Shown here one piece after another: positions 42,601-51,291 of a stretch of DNA of 64,000 bases (position 1 is its first letter; each line of letters begins with the position of its first letter). Source of the stretch: Caecitellus pseudoparvulus (taxonomy: Eukaryota; Protista; Bigyra: Bicosoecida); the NCBI GenBank assembly GCA_965644315.1, contig CBFFRQ010000089.1, positions 496,001 to 560,000 of the forward strand. The letters are read 5' to 3'. The position numbers and the translations under genes were made by a program. The notes under the pieces were generated by a model. That model searched no databases. It was not told the origin of the DNA and saw only the letters and a program-made list of their open reading frames with translations.

Positions 42601-43012
42601 CGCCCCCACCGCGCCGTCCCACGCCAAGGCCCCCGCCGACAAGGTGCGCAAGCTGCTGCTGTGCACGGGCAAGGTGTACTACGACCTGGAGAAGCACCGC
42701 GAGGAGGCGGGCGTGGAGGACGTCGCCATCTCCCGCGTGGAGCAGCTGGCCCCCTTCCCCTTCGACCTCGTCGCCAAGGAGTGCGCCAAGTACCCCAACG
42801 CCGAGGTGGTGTGGGTGCAGGAGGAGCCGCGCAACATGGGTGCCTGGAGCTTTGTGCAGCCCCGCATTGAGGCCGCCACGCTCAAGAGCGGCGACTGCAT
42901 CGAGCGCCGCCCGCTGTACGTCGGCCGTCGCCCGGCAGCTGCCCCCGCCACTGGCCTGGCGCAGGTGCATGAGGCGGAGCAGGCCAAGCTGATGGAGGAG
43001 GCCTTTGCGTGA
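39630..43012 (+). CDS. OGDH: Mitochondrial 2-oxoglutarate dehydrogenase E1 (5' presequence exons uncertain; main exon from about 40016)
   Basis: FLSGTNSVYMEEMY..W..DP..VH.SW, AFQVRGH..ANLDPLG, KRFGLEGVES, GMPHRGRLNVL, GDVKYHLG, ANPSHLE, the ThDP motif HGDAAFAGQG...NNQVGFTT, RLSGQDV.RGTFSHRH, WEAQFGDF, LLPHGYDGQGPEHSS and WVQEEPRNMGAW. Confidence 0.95.
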
Positions 43013-43066
43013 GGCGGCGGGCCGCACGTGTAATGCACACCCACAAAGTGCGGCAGCATGCATTGC

Positions 43067-45736
43067 TCAAGTGCGGGGCTTTGCTTGCTCTCGAAACAGC
43101 ACCAAGCCCACTCGCAGGCAGCCATGTGGGAGGGGGAGCTGCCAGACTTGCAGGGCGAGCAGCAAGCCGCCGTCAATGACGCCAAATCCAAACTTGCTGA
43201 CTTTGTCGCTTACAATGGACAGCAAGTCACGGGCAGACCAAAACTGCAGGGACCACACATGGCTCAAAAGTTCTGGCAGGCAGTGAGGCGGGAGGCCGCG
43301 AATCTCACCGCGAAGCAGACCGCTGGCCGCGTCTTGGGCTGATGCGCCCAGGTGCCCTGCTGCGCCCAAGTTGGAGAGAATTTTCACAAGCGGCTTCTTT
43401 GGGTCAACACAAGTCTCATTGGGTGGCCCTGGCTGCGACTGCCATTGCCGGGGGGGCGGCGCCCCTTCGCAAATCGCCTCGAGGAAGGTAGCAGGGCAGC
43501 GAGGCGCTGTCCCTGGCATCGAAGCCGCTGAGTTGGTCGAGATGATAAGCTTCGAAAGGGCACGTCCAGCCACTGCCTCTGGCAGCTGACCTGCGTACTG
43601 CAGCAGCATGCGGACGTGGGCTGTAAGGCGCCGCTCGGCCGCCACATCAAGCGAGGTCAGCCCTTCGAAATTGCGGTGGAGCACAGCACGCTTGTGCTGG
43701 TCCACAGGGATGGCATCCAGGACTAGCTGTAGCATGGCAGTAGGCGAGGGTCCAGAGCAGCTGGTCCGGGCAGCGACGTGCAAGGCTGACTCGCGCGGCT
43801 CGTCGCCGTTGGGCATCGGGACCGCGCCAGCCTGCAGCAACACTTCAACGCAAGTCAAAGCCTTGTGCTTGATGGCAGTGACAAGTAATGAGTCTTCCGT
43901 GTAGCGGTGCTGCAAGTTTGCTGAGCCGGGCCCATGCACCCTCAGCAGCCCCTCCAGAACCTGCGAATGGTTGCCCTCCACAGCCAGCTGCAGCGGCAGG
44001 CACCCCCTCTCATCCCACACGTCTGCCGCCGCGCCCTTGCTCAGTAACGCCTGACAAGCATCCCAGTGGCCGTGCAGCGCAGCGATGTGCAGTGCCGTAC
44101 GGCCAATTAAGTCGTAGGAGCGTGTGGGAGCCAGGACTACTTGCTGGTCGACCAACTCAGCAACGCTCCTCCCAGCACCTTCAAACACGTCACATGCCAC
44201 GTGAATGCAATTGGAACAGCCCGCTCTTGCTGCGTACATGAGCATGGACATGCCTTGTAAGTCACACGCGTTGGCAATGAGCGATTGTCGGCTGCAAGCC
44301 ACCTCCAGGACCTGCTTGAGGCAGCTGGCCGCGCCACTTCTGGCGGCAACATGCAGCGGCGTCATTTGGCCATCACTGAGAGCAGTGGGGTCAGCTCCAC
44401 CCTCGAGAAGCAGCCGCACGACATGCGGGAAGCCAGCTTGGCATGCCAGGTGCAGTAGTGTCCACTTGTGCTTCGTGAAAGCAGTGCCCACTGGGAAGCC
44501 GTCCCGCAGCGCTCGGGACACAAAGCTGCCGTGGCCAGCCAGGCAGAGAACCACCATGAGCCGGTGCATGCTGCTAGGAGGCAGTGATGCTGGCCAGAGC
44601 ATGTCAGCAAGCTGGAGGGTGTCCGCTGTGCTTGGTGGCGGCGTGCAGACTGGCTGATGCACCGGCTCCGCCTCAACAAGCTCCTCCTCGCGACCGAGCG
44701 CTTCCTGCCAACCTGCCGCCACCTCAGACTGCACTTCGCGTCCTTCCCCATCACATGCACGCAAGTGGAGTCGGGCAACTTCCTCAAACGGGAACCGCCC
44801 ACCTCTCGCTGCCTGTGCTGGAGACGCGCCAGCGGCCACCAAAGCCTGCGCACAGGCACGGTCACCCCGCTGGGCAGCTGCGTGCAAGGGGCTCCAGCCA
44901 TCTGGACGGCATCGTGTGGGGTCAGCTCCAGCGTCGATCAGGGCCTGGACCATGGTCGCGCTTCCCTGCTCCACAGCCAGCAAGAGCGGAGTGGTGCGTG
45001 GCTTGGATGCTGCACGCAGCCCGCCATGCGCCGATCGGCCGCCAGCCACTGGGACCTCTGGAATGGCCCCAGCAGTCAACAGAATCTTAAGAGTTGCCTC
45101 TGGAGCAGCGCCCCGGATCGCCGCTAGGATGGCGGCGTCTTCCGTGTGTGCCACACAGGCGTTGGCGTCTGCACCGGCAGCGAGCAAGGCTCGCATCACC
45201 TCCACGTGGCCGTGCTTGGCCGCGGACATGAGGGCGGTCCAGCCATTGGCCCGGGCACAGTCAGGGGGGACATCCGAGTCGAGCAGGGCCTGCACGGCGC
45301 GGAGCATGCCCAGGGAGGCAGCTTCAACCATGGGAGGTGTTTGTCGCTGGCCGAAATCCAACGGCTCGCGCCCGCCGCAGCCTGCCTCAAGGCAGGCCAA
45401 CACAGTGTCTTCAGAGCCGCTCCCAAACGCCAGAGCAAGAGGGCTCCAGTCCGCTTTGCCTTTCAGCACGCCCACTGTGCTATGTGCCTCACGCTCCACG
45501 CGGACCGCGCTGAGAGCTGAACCACATCGTTGCAGCGCTTGCCCAGCCAAGCACACCACTGTGGCCCGTCCTTGAGCAGCAGCTCTCAGCAGTGCCTCTT
45601 TCGCCGCAGCCCGTGTGCCAGGCGGCAGCTCGCTTCCCTCACCGCCTACTTCAAGCAAGCTCTGCAGTGCTGCCTCATCCCCTGCCGCGACTGCGAGCTG
45701 TGCGAGCTCAAAATCCGCACACGCCTTGTCTGCCAT
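43067..45736 (-). CDS. Multi-ankyrin-repeat protein of unknown function
   Basis: Many ANK units: NGWTALMSAAKHGHVEVMRALL, TTPLLLAVEQG, DGWSPLHAAAQRG, KWTLLHLACQAG, MTPLHVAARSG, GRTALHIAALHGH, GCLPLQLAVEGNH, ESALHVAA, EGLTSLDVAA. Both ends are uncertain. Confidence 0.8.
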   Translation of the reverse strand: MADKACADFELAQLAVAAGDEAALQSLLEVGGEGSELPPGTRAAAKEALLRAAAQGRATVVCLAGQALQRCGSALSAVRVEREAHSTVGVLKGKADWSPLALAFGSGSEDTVLACLEAGCGGREPLDFGQRQTPPMVEAASLGMLRAVQALLDSDVPPDCARANGWTALMSAAKHGHVEVMRALLAAGADANACVAHTEDAAILAAIRGAAPEATLKILLTAGAIPEVPVAGGRSAHGGLRAASKPRTTPLLLAVEQGSATMVQALIDAGADPTRCRPDGWSPLHAAAQRGDRACAQALVAAGASPAQAARGGRFPFEEVARLHLRACDGEGREVQSEVAAGWQEALGREEELVEAEPVHQPVCTPPPSTADTLQLADMLWPASLPPSSMHRLMVVLCLAGHGSFVSRALRDGFPVGTAFTKHKWTLLHLACQAGFPHVVRLLLEGGADPTALSDGQMTPLHVAARSGAASCLKQVLEVACSRQSLIANACDLQGMSMLMYAARAGCSNCIHVACDVFEGAGRSVAELVDQQVVLAPTRSYDLIGRTALHIAALHGHWDACQALLSKGAAADVWDERGCLPLQLAVEGNHSQVLEGLLRVHGPGSANLQHRYTEDSLLVTAIKHKALTCVEVLLQAGAVPMPNGDEPRESALHVAARTSCSGPSPTAMLQLVLDAIPVDQHKRAVLHRNFEGLTSLDVAAERRLTAHVRMLLQYAGQLPEAVAGRALSKLIISTNSAASMPGTAPRCPATFLEAICEGAPPPRQWQSQPGPPNETCVDPKKPLVKILSNLGAAGHLGASAQDAASGLLRGEIRGLPPHCLPELLSHVWSLQFWSARDLLSIVSDKVSKFGFGVIDGGLLLALQVWQLPLPHGCLRVGLVLFREQAKPRT

Positions 45737-45858
45737 TCTACCGCACGTGACACACTCCACACGTCAATAATTTCTTTGCACCCCGGCCGCACATCGGGCG
45801 TCTTTCGAGGGTTGCCGTTCCCCGTTGGTGGCGAAGATTGTGGCTGAGCGAGCGCACC
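45737..45858. promoter_or_regulatory. Very short (about 122 bp) putative bidirectional promoter between the ankyrin gene and the TAF13-like gene
   Basis: Head-to-head ATGs at 45736 (-) and 45859 (+). Contains CACGTG and CACGTC cores and an AT-rich patch (CAATAATTTCTTTG). Confidence 0.45.
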
Positions 45859-47257
45859 ATGGACGCGACATTCAGAGACCTCATCACAACCGTGGATGAG
45901 GCGCAGGAGGCAGGCGTCGTCGGCGAAGCGCGGCACCGGGCCCCCAAGACGGTGAAGGCCAAGACCTCTGAATATGAGCCCAACAAGTGCCTCTCGGTTC
46001 GGGTGCCGTATGTCCGAGTCGTGCGGGACCCCATGCCAGCAGCTGTGGCGTCCACTCGTGCGTGAGCTGCAGTGCGGAAGTTGGCGGCGCCGTGCACGCA
46101 GCGCTCCCCCTCTCTCCCCACCCCCAGTGAAGACAGCCATGCACATGGGAGGCGATGTGGCGGAGTCGGACATTCTTTCAGATAGCGTCGGCACCGTGAA
46201 GCGTATGCTGGAGGCCACCCTGCACCGTGTCATGGGAGCGGCCCTCAACACCAGTGCCAGGCGAGGTGGGGCTTTGGGCGAGGATGCCGTGACGCTGACC
46301 TGCGCCCACGACCCACAGCTGATGAACCAGGTCACTGTCATGTGCACGAAGTACCACGAGCTGGCCGCGATGCGGAACTGGCGCAACAACCGCGTCAAGC
46401 AGCTCACAGGGCAGGCAGGGGAGTACATCCAGTCCTTGCGGCGGGATGCTGCGCCAGAGCGCCCCCTGCCGCCCTTCCTGCACCCAGACGCCACGACAGT
46501 GGACCCCGCTAGCAGCCTGCAAGCCATTGACCTGCACAGCAAGCTGTCTGCGGCCGTGCGCAAAGCCCGTGTGGATGACTCGCTCAAGGACATTGACCGC
46601 TCCCGCGGCGGCAAGACGAACGAGGGCAAGCAGTCCTTCAAGGAGCTGCGCGCCGAGACGAATCTGAAGGAGGCAATTCTGCAGACAGACCACCTGCATG
46701 CAGTCCCGCTGCTGCGTGTGGGCGGCACGGGGGGCAACCGTGCGCTGTGGGGCTCTCGGGAACCCGTCCGGCGCCCCGAGGGGAGCAAGGACGCGCCGCC
46801 TGGCTTGGCGGGGTCGCGCTCCTGCCGCCAGCGGGAGGAAGAGGAGGAGGAGGGCATGCGCTTCACAGACCAGCCGGCCTTGGATGCACAGGTGGCCCAG
46901 CTGCTGTTCGACTTGGACAGGGAGGATGCCAAGACCATCGCGCAGCGCAAGGCGGGTCGCGCCCGCCGAGCCTCGAGCGGCCGTGGGGGCAAGCAAGGCG
47001 CTGGGGAGGAGGGTGATTCAGATGACGGGGCCGGGGGCGGTGAGGACTCTGGGGACGATGATGACTACCGCCCGGATGCGGGTGTGGGGGGTGACGACGA
47101 TGAGGACCATGACTTCAGTGCCGACGAGGGGGCACCCACCTTGCAGGATGTCAGCAGGCGAGGCAAAGGCAAGAAGAAAGGCGGCAAGGTGGGCGGCTCC
47201 AAGCGCCGGTCCAGTGCCGGTGCGGGAGGGGGCGTGGCGAAAGCGCCCCGGAGGTGA
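45859..47257 (+). CDS. Putative nuclear protein with a divergent TAF13/Spt3-like histone fold; intron 46058-46127
   Basis: A phase-1 intron GTGCGT...CCCAG gives STLKTAMHMGGDVAESDILSDSVGTVKRMLEATLHRVMGAALNTSARRGGALGEDAVTLTCAHDPQLMNQVTVM, which parallels the TFIID-18kDa pattern. The C-terminus is acidic and then has NLS-like RRGKGKKKGGK. Confidence 0.55.
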
Positions 47258-47295
47258 CGGGGGCGCCTGTGGGCGCAGCCAACCCCGCGTTGCAT

Positions 47296-48231
47296 TCACT
47301 GCTTCTTCTTCGCGTCGGCATACTCGGTGTCGAGGCCGTGCGCCTCGCCAGCCCCGTAGGCCCAGTCGTCCCCATGCGCAGCGATGATGGCCTTGGTGGC
47401 GGTCGACGCGGGTGGGGCTGGCTGCCCAGGCACCCAGTGTGTCCCAAACACCTCATCTGCGATCATGAGCAGGCCAAAGTTGCAGTCTGTGAAGTTGTGG
47501 TGGGCCTGGTGCTGCTCGCCCTGTGCAAACCCGCCGCCATAGCCGCTATGGGCGCCACTGCCCGTCAGCATGCCCCAGGCGACGGGGATGAGGTAGGGCA
47601 GGATGGGGAACCCGACCAGAGCCCAGGGCAGCTGGATGGACACCGTGAACAGCACCTGCTCCACCCAGCTGATGTAGGAAGCTGACAGCGCCGCCTGGGG
47701 GGCCAGGTGGTGGTTCAGGTGGTAGTGCTGCCAGAAGTTAATGGGCCCTGCCCGCACATGCAGCAAGCGGTGGCTCCAGTACCACAAGAAGTCAGACACC
47801 AGCAGGCACACGATGGCCACTGGCAAGCCCAAGTACCAGTGCTCAGACCACCACTCAGGGTTGTAGTTGCGGCTCCAGTGCGGTGCAATGAAGATGAGGG
47901 ATGTGATGGGCCACACCACAAGCTCATTCCACAGCACGCAGGGCACCATGGTTAGCTGGGACTCCCAGAAGGGCACCAGCGGATGGCGGGTTGGGAGCTT
48001 GCGCTGAGCAAGCTCCTTGGCCTTGTACGCTTGGTAGTCGTGGTACATGTACATGGAGAAGCCAATCCAGCTGAAGGTGAACATGACAGCCCACGGGGCC
48101 AGGAAAACCCAGAAGTAGTTGGAGGGCGCTGGTGCAGTGAGGGCCTGGAACAAGAAGCTGTCGCGCAGAAGCGCTGGCACGCTCGCATTCAAGTACCCAT
48201 GCAAGACTTGGGCTGGCGGCAACAGCTCCAT
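47296..48231 (-). CDS. Fatty acid hydroxylase / sterol desaturase family di-iron enzyme
   Basis: His boxes DFLWYWSHRLLH, HYHLNHH, AHSGY and QHQAHH followed by NFG..ADEVFGT. Several TM segments. Confidence 0.85.
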   Translation of the reverse strand: MELLPPAQVLHGYLNASVPALLRDSFLFQALTAPAPSNYFWVFLAPWAVMFTFSWIGFSMYMYHDYQAYKAKELAQRKLPTRHPLVPFWESQLTMVPCVLWNELVVWPITSLIFIAPHWSRNYNPEWWSEHWYLGLPVAIVCLLVSDFLWYWSHRLLHVRAGPINFWQHYHLNHHLAPQAALSASYISWVEQVLFTVSIQLPWALVGFPILPYLIPVAWGMLTGSGAHSGYGGGFAQGEQHQAHHNFTDCNFGLLMIADEVFGTHWVPGQPAPPASTATKAIIAAHGDDWAYGAGEAHGLDTEYADAKKKQ

Positions 48232-48430
48232 GGCGACTGTGACTGCCTGACAGGCAGGTGTGGGGAGGAAGTGAGTGCGTGTTGAAACAGCTCTGAAACG
48301 CAGGCCACCCCAGCGCGCATCAAGGGGACGCTGGGCGTAATGTGCAGACACTTGCGTAAGCAGACGTCTGTCAGACAGTACACGCCACGTGTATTTTTGA
48401 CAGGCTGGTGTCAAAGTTCGAGAGGTTGCC

Positions 48431-50633
48431 TCACAGGCCCTCGGGAAGATGCAGGGGCAGGGCTGGCGCAGCAGAGCCGAAGTGCTCCACAGCCTTAGTC
48501 ACGCGTGCAGCGACAGCCTCCTTCGTGATGCCCAGCTCAGCGTACACCTGATGAGCAGGTGCTGACAGGCCAAAGGTGCGCAGGCCGATGCTGGTGTGGG
48601 CGTAACGCTCCCACCCGGTGATGGCAGAGGCCTCCACAGACACAACTGGCGTGCCCACGGGCAACACACTGGCCTTGTACTCTGCTGTCTGCTCCTCGAA
48701 CACCTCCAGGCAGGGGGCGGAGACCACAGACACGCTGGTGCCCTCCAGGGACTTGGCTGCTTCGATGGCCAAGGACACCTCTGAGCCGGTGGCAATGATG
48801 ATGGCGGCGGCGGCGGTGCCCTCGGGTGCCGTGGAGAAGACAGTGTAGGCGCCAGCCGTGGCACTGGCGCGGGTGGAGCCCTCCAGCTGGGGCAGGTTCT
48901 GGCGAGACAGGCAGATGATGCTGGGCTTGTCAGCCGCTGACAGGGCCAGCTCGTATGCAGCGCTGGTCTCGTTGCCGTCGGCAGGGCGCAGGACCAGTGC
49001 GTTGGGCATGGCTCGCAGCATGGTCACCATCTCCACTGGCTGGTGAGTGGGCCCGTCCTCCCCCAGCCCGATGCTGTCGTGGGTGGCAACGTACACAACG
49101 CGCAAGTGGGACAGGGCGCCCACACGCGTCGCGCCGGCAGCGTACCCGACGAAGTTCAGGAACGTGGCAATGTACGGCAGGACGCCACCGTAGGCTGCCA
49201 TGCCGTTCGCCAACGCCGCCATGCCGTGCTCTCGCACGCCGAAACGCAGGTAGCGGTTGGCATAGGAGCCTGCCTGGAAGTCGCCGCTGACCTTGAGGAG
49301 GGTCTTGTTGGAAGGAGTGAGGTCCGCCGAGCCGCCCATGAGCTCAGGCAGTGCCTCTGCTAGGGCGTTGAGCACCTTGCCAGAGCATGACCGGGTGGCT
49401 TCGTCGCCCTTGCCTGAAAAGTCGGGCAGGAGATCCTGCCAGCCTGCAGGCAGCTCCCCCGCAATGCGGCGCGTGAGCTCCGCACCCTCAGTGGGGAAGG
49501 CAGCCGTGTACGCCGCCAGGGCCTCTTGCCAGGCAGCAGCCTTGGCCTCACCACGAGTACCAACCTCCTTGTAGTACGCCGCCACACCATCTGGCACGGA
49601 GAAGGACGCGGCGGGGTCCATGCCAAAGGCAGTCTTCAGCGCCGCCAGCTCTTCCGCTGACAGGGGAGATCCATGGGCGGAGGCCTTGCCTGCCTTGGAG
49701 GAACCAAACCCGATGGTGGTGGTGACCTTGATGATGCTGGGCTTGTCCGTGACGCCTTGTGCAGTCTTGATGGCTGCCTCGATCGCTTCAACGTTGGCGT
49801 CACCCTCGGGCACCTCCAGGGTGTGCCAGCCGTAGGCGGCGTAGCGGGCCAGGACGTCCTCAGTGAAGGAGAGGTCCGTGGACCCATCAATGGTGATGCT
49901 GTTGTCGTCGTAGAGGACGATGAGGTTGCCCAGGCCCAAGTGCCCTGCCAGGGAGCTGGCCTCGCTGGACACGCCCTCCTGCAGGCAGCCATCCCCGCAC
50001 AGCACGTACACGAAGTTGTTCAGCAGCTCGTGGCCGGGCTTGTTGTACACTGCAGCCAGATGCTTGGACGCGACAGCCATGCCCACTCCGTTGGAAATGC
50101 CCTGGCCCAAGGGGCCTGTGGACACCTCGATGGCGGGGTGCAGGACATTCTCCGGGTGGCCGGCAGTGACGCTGTGCAGCTGGCGGAATGCCTTCAGCTG
50201 GTCCATGGTGATGTCATACCCTGTCAAGTGCAGCATGCTGTACAGCAGCGCACAGGCGTGCCCGTTGGACAGGATGAAGCGGTCCCGATTGAACCAGGTG
50301 GGTGCTGAAGGCGCGTAGTTCATGATCTTGCTCCACAGCACGTGTGCCATGGGCGCACAGCCCATCGGCGCTCCTGCGCACGGGAGAGCACCACTCGTCA
50401 GCGTGCTGTTTCAGCCTGAGCAGTGCCTGGCCACGACACGCAGCGCGCGAGGGAGCCCGAGTGCCAGGCTGCCAGCGCGGAAATAGAGCCTGGGCCAGAC
50501 CTCAGCGCACTACAGGGACTCTACCGCACTACGCACCTGGGTGGCCGCTGTTTGCGGTGGACACCATGTCACATGACAGCACGCGGACAGTGTTGATGCA
50601 CTCCTGCTCAGTTGCGCCGGCAGCAGCAGCCAT
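48431..50633 (-). CDS. TKT: Transketolase; intron 50536-50374
   Basis: INTVRVLSCDMV..ANSGHPG|APMG.APMA, NRDRFILSNGHAC, EVSTGPLGQG, GDGCLQEG, YDDN.ITIDG, GGSADL.PSN, FGVREHGM and THDSIGLGEDGPTHQP. Confidence 0.95.
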
Positions 50634-51291
50634 GGTGGAGACTGGGAAGCAGAGAGCGGGACGAGGGAATCTGCAGAATACGCGCAGGGCTCGAAGAGCA
50701 ACTGAGAGGCACAGGTGGAGGCAGCCAGCAGATGAAATAGTTTTGGGAGTCGAAAGTGTTTGTGGTGGGGCTTTGAGCCATGTTGCACGTACGGCCCTTG
50801 CCTCAGGCCCGTCGTGCTTCTGCTTCTGAGCCGAGAGGCACCTCTTGACACGCCAGCTGGCAACAGAAGTGCCCTCATCCCCACCCCTCCCGACAAGGCT
50901 TTCCGTGAAAGATGCAAAGAACGGGGGGGGGTGTTTCTGCTCCTCTGCCTGCGCGGGTGGACTGAATACCTTCCCACAGCATCTCTTGATGTGTTGTGAT
51001 GCAAGCAGACAGACAGACGGCGGTTCTTTGCTGTGCGGGCTTGCAGCGCTGCGACAAATTTCACCGTCTCCCGCGACAGGCACAAGTGGCAAGCCACCTG
51101 GGCATCTCCTCCACTTCCATTTCAGCTGCTGCTGGCAAGGGCCTCAGGCGTCCTTGCCAACTCCCAGCACGTGCTGGTGTGCGGGCTCAAGGGGCCTGGA
51201 GGGAGCCAAGACCTCCCGCGTGCACCCAGGCCCCTCCGAGCCTCACCTGTCCGTCGTGCCACCTGCCTGGGCCAAGCAGACCAAAAGAGAC

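Noticed and set aside
40802-43063. 753-aa antisense ORF over OGDH (similarly 13292-14647, 2318-3610, 38874-40673, 45646-46992 and many others)
   Set aside because: These are shadow ORFs expected from high GC3 codon bias, with no recognisable motifs, and they overlap well-supported genes.
50845-51291. In-frame upstream extensions in the ORF track (also 3157-3444, 36239-36505, 62113-62394, 48232-48414)
   Set aside because: They begin at non-ATG codons and lack coding-like composition. They are treated as UTR or promoter sequence.
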